Source: Syntrophaceae bacterium UBA2280 (GTDB lineage Bacteria; Desulfobacterota; Syntrophia; Syntrophales; Smithellaceae). From it: a stretch of DNA of 64,000 bases. Location: assembly GCA_002347685.1 (NCBI GenBank), contig DDWS01000004.1, forward strand, positions 64,360-128,359. The letters are read 5' to 3'. The notes below the pieces were generated by a model. That model saw nothing but the letters and a program-made list of their open reading frames with translations, had not been told where the DNA came from and did no database searches. Shown piece after piece: positions 1 to 8,612 of this stretch. The translations under genes were made by a program, and so were the position numbers. Every line of letters begins with the position of its first letter. Within the stretch, counting starts at the first letter, position 1.

Positions 1-608
1 GGCTGGCATTGGCTGTTCAAAAACTCAACCTGGCGTATGTGGTTATTACATCTGTTACCAGGGATGATCTCCCCGATGGCGGTGCAGGACAGTTTGCACG
101 AACCATCGGGGAAATTCGGAGTCTATGTCCGGGAACGCGAATTGAAATATTAGTGCCCGATTTTAAAGGTGATCCGGATCTGATCCAAATGGTTTGCGAT
201 GCCCGTCCGGACATGTTCAATCACAATATTGAAACCGTTCCACGGCTATATGAAACGGTTCGACCCCAGGCGTCCTTTCAGCGGTCGTTAAAAGTACTGT
301 CATTGGCTTCAGAATCAAACCTGCCGGTAAAATCGGGTATGATGTTAGGCTTGGGAGAAACATCAAGCGAAGTTGAAAGTACGCTTGTGGAGTTGATGAA
401 AAATGGATGTCGGTATCTGACATTAGGGCAGTATCTGGCACCATCTCCAGATCACATACCTGTGGCCCGGTATGTACAACCCCATGAATTCGAAGAGTGG
501 GCCAGAAAAGCAGAGGGTATGGGATTTAAAGATGTTGCGGCCGGTCCATTCGTCAGGAGCTCTTACAGGGCTGACCAGATGGCGGCTGAAAAAATTGCCG
601 CGGCTTGA
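1..608 (+). CDS. lipA: lipoyl synthase, C-terminal part (5' end lies outside the window)
   Basis: The ORF is open to the window edge. The translation (VVITSVTRDDLPDGGA...ILVPDFKG...NHNIETVPRLY...GMMLGLGET...LTLGQYL.PS..H.PV.RYV.P) matches the conserved C-terminal two thirds of LipA. Confidence 0.9.
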   Translation, partial: LALAVQKLNLAYVVITSVTRDDLPDGGAGQFARTIGEIRSLCPGTRIEILVPDFKGDPDLIQMVCDARPDMFNHNIETVPRLYETVRPQASFQRSLKVLSLASESNLPVKSGMMLGLGETSSEVESTLVELMKNGCRYLTLGQYLAPSPDHIPVARYVQPHEFEEWARKAEGMGFKDVAAGPFVRSSYRADQMAAEKIAAA

Positions 609-737
609 AAGTTGCGATGTCTCTTAATGTGTGCATGTTTTCATCTGTCGGTTGCTGATGGTGTATTGTGTAGATCCTCGTGGAAATACTTCTGCAATGA
701 ATGACCGCTGGACAAACCATCATGGTCTAAGAAAGGA

Positions 738-1163
738 ATGAATCTTATGGAAATAGAAGGATACAACATGCCCGAGGAACTTCATTATGAAGAACACCAT
801 TACTGGGTCCGGGTGGAAGGCGGCATACTGATCATGGGCATGGATGATTTTGCTCAGAAGATGGCAGGTGATATCGTGTTTGTCCAGCTTCCGTTTGAGG
901 GTAAGAAACTAACGCAGGGCAAGAAGTTTTCATCAGTCGAGTCGGGGAAATGGGTAGGCTCCATCTTTGCACCGGTCCATGGTGAATTGTTGCAATCCAA
1001 CAGCAAACTTGAAACAACACCAACCTTAATCAACCATGATTGCTACGGCGAAGGATGGATTTTTAAAATCAGACCGGATGACATCAACGATATAAAAAGC
1101 CTCATCAATGGAGCAGAAGCAATTAAAGAGTGGGTCCTGGCTGATATTGACAAGTACAAATAA
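738..1163 (+). CDS. gcvH: GcvH-family lipoyl-carrier protein (glycine-cleavage H / LbpA-like)
   Basis: EHHYWVRVEGG...GMDDFAQ..GDIVFV.LP and the candidate lipoyl-lysine context SVESGKW are typical of the H-protein fold. No gcvT or gcvP is nearby. The start is ambiguous (738, 747 or 768). Confidence 0.8.
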   Translation: MNLMEIEGYNMPEELHYEEHHYWVRVEGGILIMGMDDFAQKMAGDIVFVQLPFEGKKLTQGKKFSSVESGKWVGSIFAPVHGELLQSNSKLETTPTLINHDCYGEGWIFKIRPDDINDIKSLINGAEAIKEWVLADIDKYK

Positions 1164-1184
1164 AAATGAAGCCACCTGGCATGC

Positions 1185-2846
1185 ATGAATAATGAAAATC
1201 GGGAAAATATGAATTCTGCATCAAAAAAAAGATTATCCTCCACATGGAGATTGCTTGATACACCTCCCATGACTGCTGCCGAAAACATGGCGCTCGATGA
1301 GGTGCTGGTGGAATGCAAGGGCAACGGAAACACACCGAATACGATCCGCTTCCTGCAGTTTTCGCCCCGGGCTGTGCTTGTGGGTTACCACCAGTCTGTT
1401 TATGAAGAAATTCGAAGGGAATACTGCCAGACCCATGGAATTGACATCAACAGAAGGATAACGGGCGGCGGTGCAATATTCTTCGATGAAAATCAGTTAG
1501 GCTGGGAGGTGATCTGTGACAAATCTTTCTTTAACGTCACCATTCCGAACCAGCGGCTTTTCAGAATTCTGTGTAATCCGGTGATCACAGCTCTGGAGCT
1601 TTTGGGGGTCAAGGCAAAATTCAGACCCCGAAATGATATTGAAGTTAATGGACGCAAAATATCCGGTACGGGTGGCACGGAATCAGGTAACGCGTTTCTT
1701 TTCCAGGGAACTATGCTTGTTGATTTTGACGTGGACACCATGCTGCGGGCTCTTCGAATTCCTGTGGAAAAACTCAAAGCAAAAGAGATTGATTCGGTCA
1801 AGGACAGGGTGACCAGCCTGAAATGGGAATTGGGATTCATCCCAACCCTCGACAATATCAAGCGGGCCATCCGGCATGGATTTGAAGCTCATTTGGGAAT
1901 CCATTTGGAGGCGGCCGGTCTAACTGACGAAGAGCAACAGCACTTCGAAAAGAAGGTGTCAGGATTTCGCAAGGCAAAATGGGTCGATAGGGTCAACCCG
2001 AAATTTCAGCAAAGCGAAACCATTCAATGCGCTTATAAAGCAGATGCCGGTATGGTACGCTTTACCCTGGTCGTGAATCTAAAGCAGATGCTCCTTAAAA
2101 ACATTTTTATCACAGGAGATTTTCTGTCTTTTCCAGGCGGATCCCTGTACGACCTGGAATCCTGCCTTCGTGGTGTTTCGCTTAAAAGAGAAGTCCTTTA
2201 TCCGATCATTAGCAAATATTTTCTAGATGGACACATCGTCATACCAGGAATGTCATTTGAAGAATTTATCAAGCCACTGGATCAGGCCATTGAAAAAGTA
2301 GCCATCACCAGATACGGGATCCCCCTTGAGCATTGCAATCTGATTTCCGTTGTCAATGGATCATTCGAAGAGATTGTCCAAAAGAAAATCGGTGCGCTAC
2401 TCCTGCCTTATTGTGCAAAAATTACCCATTGTGATCTGCGGTATAAAAAAGGATGTCGTACCTGCGGGCAGGAAGACTGCTCGATCGGACCGGCATGGCT
2501 GATGGGTCTGCAAAGCAAGATGGAGGTAGTCAGCGTTGTCAGCTTTGAAGACCTCTGGACTGAGCTTATGCGCATAAAAAATAGAGGGATAGAGGCTTAC
2601 ATCGGCTGCTGCTGTCAGCCTTTTTTTATAAAACACCAAGACGATTTTGAGAAATCCGGGATACCGGGTATCATGCTCGATATCGATAATACTACCTGTT
2701 ACGAACTGGATCAGGCCAGGGAAGCATACGCGGGGAAATTCGAAAATCAGACAAGCCTGAATCTGGACTTGTTACAAATCATTCTCGATACGGCATCAAG
2801 AATCCAGCAGCAGAAAGAGGAGTATGGGACTCATGCCATCATATGA
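1185..2846 (+). CDS. lplA: lipoate-protein ligase (LplA catalytic + C-terminal accessory domain) fused to a Cys-rich DUF116-like domain
   Basis: The N-terminal part (RFLQFSP.AVLVGYHQ...INRRITGGGAIFFD...GRKISGT) is LplA/BPL_LplA_LipB-like. From about residue 405 the pattern LLLPYC..x..C..x..CRTCG..C.I ... YIGCCCQPFF ... IPGIMLDIDNTTC follows the DUF116 cysteine pattern. Confidence 0.8.
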   Translation: MNNENRENMNSASKKRLSSTWRLLDTPPMTAAENMALDEVLVECKGNGNTPNTIRFLQFSPRAVLVGYHQSVYEEIRREYCQTHGIDINRRITGGGAIFFDENQLGWEVICDKSFFNVTIPNQRLFRILCNPVITALELLGVKAKFRPRNDIEVNGRKISGTGGTESGNAFLFQGTMLVDFDVDTMLRALRIPVEKLKAKEIDSVKDRVTSLKWELGFIPTLDNIKRAIRHGFEAHLGIHLEAAGLTDEEQQHFEKKVSGFRKAKWVDRVNPKFQQSETIQCAYKADAGMVRFTLVVNLKQMLLKNIFITGDFLSFPGGSLYDLESCLRGVSLKREVLYPIISKYFLDGHIVIPGMSFEEFIKPLDQAIEKVAITRYGIPLEHCNLISVVNGSFEEIVQKKIGALLLPYCAKITHCDLRYKKGCRTCGQEDCSIGPAWLMGLQSKMEVVSVVSFEDLWTELMRIKNRGIEAYIGCCCQPFFIKHQDDFEKSGIPGIMLDIDNTTCYELDQAREAYAGKFENQTSLNLDLLQIILDTASRIQQQKEEYGTHAII

Positions 2847-3888
2847 TGTGTTGGTTGTTGGTGCTGGTCCTGCTGGAGGGGCAACAGCTCTGGCCGCAGC
2901 CCGCGCCGGCGCCCGGGTTCTTTGCATCGAACGTCATAATGCAGTGGGGGTACCCGTGCAGTGTGCCGAACATATTCCAGCCCTGCTGGTAGGGCAGATG
3001 GATCTGGGGGCAAGCTTTATCGTTCAATCGACGCGCGGTATGAAGTTTTTTTTACCCGGATCTCCAGTCAGGGAAACGGCCATGCCGGGATTTGTTGTGA
3101 ACCGGGATCATTTTGACCAGTGTCTCATTCAGGCCGCGATCGATGCCGGTGCAGAGTTGATGACCGCGACGCAAGCCATCCGGCGCATGGATGACGATAC
3201 CATCCTGCTGCGACGAAAATCAGGACAGTCTTTTACGGTTAAAGCCGGAGTCATTGTGGGTGCTGACGGTCCCCGCTCCCTAGTGGGCCGATGGGTGGGT
3301 TCGGTAAATCAACACTTGCTGAGTGCCATGCAAATCACCATGCCACTTGCCGCACCGATGGAGCATACAGAAGTTTACTTTGATCGTGATTATTATGCCG
3401 GCTATGGCTGGCTATTTCCAAAAAAAGACATTGCCAATGTAGGTATAGGACTTAAAAAATGTTTACATGACCCCAAACATTTGCGAACGAAACTTGACGA
3501 CCTGGCAGCTCGTCTGAGTGCGGAAGGCAAAATTCGGGGAGCACCAGTGAGTGTCACATACGGTTGGATACCGGCCGGGCCGGTCCGAAAGGCGGCCTAT
3601 GGCAACGTTATTCTTGTCGGTGATGCGGCAGGACACACACACCCGATCACCGGTGCAGGCATATTTATGGCTGTTACCTGCGGGCAAATGGCCGGAAAAT
3701 GGGCCGCAATAGCGGCGAAAGAAAAAGATATGCGACTCCTTTTGCAGTACGATACTCAATGGCGGGATCTTTTTGAAGATACATTGACCAGGGCCTGTCA
3801 GCACAGGATAACAATGGAAGACAGATGGGAACAGTTCCCCGAAATTATCAAATCATGTTGGGAGGCATACAGGGTTTATGATGGATGA
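2824..3888 (+). CDS. geranylgeranyl-reductase-like FAD-dependent oxidoreductase
   Basis: It has the N-terminal dinucleotide fold YDVLVVGAGPAGGATALAAARAGARVLCIE and the later motif VGDAAGHTHPITGAGI. An alternative start at 2833 has better spacing to the GAGGAG Shine-Dalgarno. Confidence 0.8.
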   Translation: MGLMPSYDVLVVGAGPAGGATALAAARAGARVLCIERHNAVGVPVQCAEHIPALLVGQMDLGASFIVQSTRGMKFFLPGSPVRETAMPGFVVNRDHFDQCLIQAAIDAGAELMTATQAIRRMDDDTILLRRKSGQSFTVKAGVIVGADGPRSLVGRWVGSVNQHLLSAMQITMPLAAPMEHTEVYFDRDYYAGYGWLFPKKDIANVGIGLKKCLHDPKHLRTKLDDLAARLSAEGKIRGAPVSVTYGWIPAGPVRKAAYGNVILVGDAAGHTHPITGAGIFMAVTCGQMAGKWAAIAAKEKDMRLLLQYDTQWRDLFEDTLTRACQHRITMEDRWEQFPEIIKSCWEAYRVYDG

Positions 3889-4828
3889 ATTCGGCAGACG
3901 ACTGAACAGAGCCCGGGAACTGTCCTGGCAAAACCTGGGGACGAACATTACATTTTATCTGCCGGGTATGTTTTCCTGTGACGGCATGAGGGGAAAGTAT
4001 CCTATGATATCCATAACAGGAGACCATTGCAAATTGCAATGCAACCATTGCCGCGGAAAAATTCTAGAAAAGATGATTCCGGCCGCCACACCAGCCTTGT
4101 TGGTTGACAAATGCCAGGAGTTACATGGCAAAGGTATGCTCGGCGTTTTGATCAGCGGTGGATGTGACGCAAATGGTGAATTACCATGGGAACCATTTTT
4201 AGAGGCTATCTATGCTGTCAAGTCGGCAACAGGGCTATTGATATCTATCCACAGCGGGTTAGTTGATATGGAACAGGCCATGGAGCTTAAACAGGCCGGT
4301 GTGGATCAGGCATTGATCGATGTGATAGGCGATGATGAAACGTTTCGCAAGACCTGCCGTTTGCCCTTTGGTGTTGATCGGATTGAAAAGAGCATGGAGG
4401 CGCTCACCAATGCGGGAATTCCCATGGTGCCTCATATTGTTTGTGGGTTGGATGGTGGCCGTATCAAAGGGGAAAAGACCGCTGTTGCCATGATTTCACG
4501 GTTTCCCGTAGCGCATTTGGTAATTGTTTCTCTAATGGATATTTCGAAAACCACTTCCTTCCGGACAACACTTCCGAAACCTGAAGATGTGGCCGATGTG
4601 ATCGTTGAGGCTCGATTCCAGATGCCTCAAACTGTCATCAGCCTTGGATGCGCACGTCAGCGGGGAAACAGGCGCATGGAAACAATAGCCGTCGATGCCG
4701 GGGTCAATCGGCTTGCGATGCCATCGGATGAGGCAATCGAAAGATCAGAAAGCTACGGGCTTAATACCAGATTCCAAAAGACCTGTTGTTCCGTTACCGC
4801 TGATTTTTCGAGTGAAAAATGGCAATAA
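3878..4828 (+). CDS. radical SAM protein (LipS1/LipS2-type candidate)
   Basis: It has a CX3CX2C cluster motif (GDHCKLQCNHCRG). It sits directly after lplA and the GGR-like gene. Confidence 0.7.
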   Translation: MMDEFGRRLNRARELSWQNLGTNITFYLPGMFSCDGMRGKYPMISITGDHCKLQCNHCRGKILEKMIPAATPALLVDKCQELHGKGMLGVLISGGCDANGELPWEPFLEAIYAVKSATGLLISIHSGLVDMEQAMELKQAGVDQALIDVIGDDETFRKTCRLPFGVDRIEKSMEALTNAGIPMVPHIVCGLDGGRIKGEKTAVAMISRFPVAHLVIVSLMDISKTTSFRTTLPKPEDVADVIVEARFQMPQTVISLGCARQRGNRRMETIAVDAGVNRLAMPSDEAIERSESYGLNTRFQKTCCSVTADFSSEKWQ

Positions 4829-4840
4829 GATGATTTGTGA

Positions 4841-5914
4841 TTGAATGGTATGGACTATTTAGAACAACATCAATTTGAGAGCCCTAAATACCTGCGTATG
4901 AGCCTGGCGGCAGCCATGACGCTTGATTTCAAAAAAGGCCTTTTCTACAGGAATGCAAAACTATTTTGTATAAACCTGTTGCTGACCTATGGTTCAGGGT
5001 GCGTTGCGCGTTGCGCATACTGTGGTCTTTCCAGTCAGCGGGCGGGGCAATCCGATCATAAGAGTTTTATCCGGGTAGTATGGCCAACACACGCCTTGGA
5101 TGAGATTATCCAGAGTATCAACAGACACCAGGACCGTGTGAAGCGGATCTGTGTATCTCAGGTGACCCATAAAAACGCAGGTCATGACACGTATGCTATT
5201 TGCCGGGTCCTTCGCGGAAGTTATGACATCCCGATATCTCTTCTGGTTGCACCTACCACTACAACGCGTAAAGATCTTATGGCTTATAAGACGGCGGGTG
5301 CCGATAAGATTGGTGTCGCCATTGATCTTGCAACGCCTGATCTGTTCGATCAATACCGCGGGGCGGGTGTGAATGGTCCCCACCGATGGGAAACCTATCT
5401 TGAACGCCTGGTTCAGGCCATTGAAATATTTGGTCGGCGTAATGCGGGAGCCCACTTTATCTGCGGTATGGGTGAAACGGAAAAAGAACTCGTAACTGCC
5501 ATTCAGATGGTTCAGGATATGGGCGGATGGACTCATTTATTTTCATTTTTCCCCGAAGCCGGTTCTCGCCTGGAGGACCGTCCGGCACCGCCCATGGATA
5601 AGTACCGCCGCATCCAATTGGCTCGTTTCCTGATTGACGAAGGACTGACGCGCCTGGAACGATTCGTCTTTGATGAAAGCAATCAGATTGTTGATTACGG
5701 AATTTCACACGACCGTCTAGAGGCCGTGATAGATAGTGGCAACCCATTTCGCACAAGCGGCTGTGCGGGCTATGATGGACAGGTTGCCTGCAATCGGCCC
5801 TATGCCAATTCCCGTCCCGGGCCTGACATTCGAAACTATCCTTTTCCTCCGGACCGTGATGACATGATCCGTATCCGCGGTCAAATGGGGCTCAACCTGG
5901 GTAAGGTGTCATGA
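4841..5914 (+). CDS. radical SAM protein, BioB/LipS-like (LipS1/LipS2-type candidate)
   Basis: It has a CX3CX2C motif (GSGCVARCAYCGLS) and a TIM-barrel-like length. TTG at 4841 or ATG at 4850 could be the start. Confidence 0.7.
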   Translation: MNGMDYLEQHQFESPKYLRMSLAAAMTLDFKKGLFYRNAKLFCINLLLTYGSGCVARCAYCGLSSQRAGQSDHKSFIRVVWPTHALDEIIQSINRHQDRVKRICVSQVTHKNAGHDTYAICRVLRGSYDIPISLLVAPTTTTRKDLMAYKTAGADKIGVAIDLATPDLFDQYRGAGVNGPHRWETYLERLVQAIEIFGRRNAGAHFICGMGETEKELVTAIQMVQDMGGWTHLFSFFPEAGSRLEDRPAPPMDKYRRIQLARFLIDEGLTRLERFVFDESNQIVDYGISHDRLEAVIDSGNPFRTSGCAGYDGQVACNRPYANSRPGPDIRNYPFPPDRDDMIRIRGQMGLNLGKVS

Positions 5915-5953
5915 ATATAACAAACCTACAAGAATCGGGGGAAGTAAACATCA

Positions 5954-7402
5954 TTGAATAAAACCACTTTGCTTTCAATAAAAGAAAAATTCGGAACCAG
6001 GGCCAGTGATTCGCTAATGGAACGTGAACTTTATTCCCGCGACCTTGCCCCTGTGCCCTCATGGCTTGTGAAATTACTGTTCAATGCCTTGCCCGAAATC
6101 GTTGTTCGCCCGGCCTCGACAAAAGAGATCTCGGAACTGATGAAGCTGGCTTGGACCGAGCATGTACCGGTTACGCCACGGGCAGGAGCTACGACTGTAT
6201 TTTTCAATACAGTTCCCGTCAAGGGCGGGATTGTGATGGACCTCAATCTCATAAAAGGGATAGTGGCGGTAGATGAAGAACAAATGACGGTGACCGTCAG
6301 GGCCGCTACCACCTGGGGTGAACTTGAAGAATATCTAAATCAGCTCAATTATGCATGCAAATCGGTTCCCAGTAGCGCTCCTGCGGCAACCATTGGCGGT
6401 TGGCTATGCATGATGGGTTATGGTCCGGGGAGCTTGAAATATGGGAGCCTGATGTCTCAGGTCAAGGCAATAGAAGTTGTTTTGCCGAACGGGCGTGTAC
6501 AGAAGTATTCAAAAGAAATGACCCCATCAATTGATCGTTATGCGGCATCAGAAGGAACACTGGGGATTATAACAGAGATCGAACTTGAAATACGTGCGCT
6601 GACCTCCATGAAGCACTTTCTGTTTCATGTCCCGGATATTGAGCATGCCCTTCTTGCAATCAAGAATTTCGTAGGAAGAAAAACGATTCCTTATAACATA
6701 CACTTTTCTGACGCTCATTATATGCGGACCATGAAGGACCTGGGTATGGCCCATTGGGATACAAAATGTGGTTGTCTCATTTCGGTTGATTACGAGGGGT
6801 CTGTTGAGGAGCTGTCTGCCGTCGAAGCCGATATCGACATGTATATGAAATCTGACACACTGCTTACAAGACTCCCGGATGCTGTTGCCGAAAAGGAATG
6901 GGATGAGAGGTTCCGATCCATAAGGCTCAAAAGGGGCGGGCCGTCCGTGCTGGGAGGAGAGGTATGGATGCCGATAAAAAATCTGCCTTCATATATGAGG
7001 GATCTGGAGCAAATGGCTAACCGTTACGGTGTTGAACTGATCACATACGGGCATGTGGTTTCACCTGAGCATACTACCATGATGACTGCATTATTTGCAG
7101 ATGAAACGAGTGCGCTAAAATACATGCTCGATCTCAGCCTTGTCAAAAAGATACAGGATGCCGGCTACCGTAATGGAGGATGCCCTTATGGTGTCGGGCT
7201 TTGGAACACGCCCTATATCAGGCGTATTTACAACCGAGCGGGCCTGAAGAGGATAAGGGAGCGCAAAAGAACGGTGGATCCTTCCGATATTATGAACCCC
7301 GGCAAAATCTATCAGACACCGTTTATGCTAAACGCCGTTCATTTCCATATTAGTATGGAAATCCTTGCGGCAGTGCGCAAAGTGTTCCAGAAAGGATGGT
7401 AG
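5954..7402 (+). CDS. FAD-linked oxidase (GlcD / D-lactate dehydrogenase-like flavoprotein)
   Basis: PCMH-type FAD-binding signature: VVRPAST.EISELMKLA....PVTPRAGATT ... GIV.DL..... (TTG start with a GGGGGAAG Shine-Dalgarno). Confidence 0.8.
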   Translation: MNKTTLLSIKEKFGTRASDSLMERELYSRDLAPVPSWLVKLLFNALPEIVVRPASTKEISELMKLAWTEHVPVTPRAGATTVFFNTVPVKGGIVMDLNLIKGIVAVDEEQMTVTVRAATTWGELEEYLNQLNYACKSVPSSAPAATIGGWLCMMGYGPGSLKYGSLMSQVKAIEVVLPNGRVQKYSKEMTPSIDRYAASEGTLGIITEIELEIRALTSMKHFLFHVPDIEHALLAIKNFVGRKTIPYNIHFSDAHYMRTMKDLGMAHWDTKCGCLISVDYEGSVEELSAVEADIDMYMKSDTLLTRLPDAVAEKEWDERFRSIRLKRGGPSVLGGEVWMPIKNLPSYMRDLEQMANRYGVELITYGHVVSPEHTTMMTALFADETSALKYMLDLSLVKKIQDAGYRNGGCPYGVGLWNTPYIRRIYNRAGLKRIRERKRTVDPSDIMNPGKIYQTPFMLNAVHFHISMEILAAVRKVFQKGW

Positions 7403-7406
7403 ATTG

Positions 7407-8573
7407 ATGTCCGAACATGTGCCCATATATACCACATTAGAAAAGGAATCCTTGATTTGCGCCAGGTGCGGATACTGCCGTAACGCCTGTCCGGTTTATC
7501 AGACCATAGGCTGGGAGTCTGCTACACCAAGGGGTAAGATAAGTCTTGCACGTCAGATATTCGCTCTCGACAATAAAGAAAAGATGACCGATGAGTTTGT
7601 GCAGAGAGTATCTCAATGTACCCTTTGCGGTGCGTGTGCCCATGAATGCGCCACCGATATCGATACGCAACGCTTATGGATCGAACTCCGGCAACGAATA
7701 GCAACTACGGGAAAAGCGCCAAAGGGGTATGATGTTCTTCGCAAGAATTTGCAGGCCAATAAAAATATCACGACAACCGGCAATGACGAGAGACTGGACT
7801 GGGCGCAGGATCTGGACAATGCAGATCATCTTAAGTCTCGAATCGGCGCCGACGTCTGCTACTTTGTAGGCTGTGTATCCTCGTTCTTCCCGCAGGCTTC
7901 TGAAATTGCTGTGGCGGTTTCAGAAATACTTACTGCGGCAAATATCAATTTTACAACCCTGGGAGGTGAGGAGTGGTGCTGCGGCTTTCCACTGCGTGGT
8001 TGCGGTTTTGTCGATGATGGCCGGCAGTTCATTAAACATAACGTTCAAAGGATTAAAGAACTTGGTATCCACACGATCGTTGCGAGTTGTCCATCCTGCT
8101 ATCATGTATGGAAAAAAGACGCAGATGAATATCTCGATGGGTATGAACTGAATGTGTTTCACATAACGGAATTCATCGCCCTTTTGATCCAAAACAAGCA
8201 GATCAGGTTGAAGGCTATGCATGAAACAATCACCTATCATGATCCATGTGATCTCGGTCGCAACAGCGGTGTGTTTCAGCCACCACGTTACATTATTCAG
8301 AATATCCCTGATGTGACGCTTGTTGAATTGAAACACAATCAAATGAAATCATTATGCTGTGGCGGGGGAGGCAACTTGCAGAGTGTGGATCCGGAACTGA
8401 CAAACGCTATATCTGCCACAAGGACTCAGGAGATCAGAGAGTCGGGTGCCTCTGTGATTGTTTCAGCCTGCCAGCAATGCATGAAAATTTTGAGTATTTC
8501 TGTACGCAAAGCCGGGTTGCCTGTTAAAGTTATGGATATATGCCAACTTGTTCTGAAACAGATGGTTCGATAG
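7407..8573 (+). CDS. Fe-S oxidoreductase with two 4Fe-4S ferredoxin motifs and two CCG domains (GlcF / HdrD-like)
   Basis: It has CARCGYCRNACP and CTLCGACAHEC motifs, then CYFVGC...CCGFPL and PCDLGR...CCGGGG...ACQQC. ATG 7407 follows the stop of the upstream gene at 7402. Confidence 0.8.
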   Translation: MSEHVPIYTTLEKESLICARCGYCRNACPVYQTIGWESATPRGKISLARQIFALDNKEKMTDEFVQRVSQCTLCGACAHECATDIDTQRLWIELRQRIATTGKAPKGYDVLRKNLQANKNITTTGNDERLDWAQDLDNADHLKSRIGADVCYFVGCVSSFFPQASEIAVAVSEILTAANINFTTLGGEEWCCGFPLRGCGFVDDGRQFIKHNVQRIKELGIHTIVASCPSCYHVWKKDADEYLDGYELNVFHITEFIALLIQNKQIRLKAMHETITYHDPCDLGRNSGVFQPPRYIIQNIPDVTLVELKHNQMKSLCCGGGGNLQSVDPELTNAISATRTQEIRESGASVIVSACQQCMKILSISVRKAGLPVKVMDICQLVLKQMVR

Positions 8574-8612
8574 AAGAGTGTAGATTGCATAAGAAGCATC
8601 GAAGGAGGTTGC

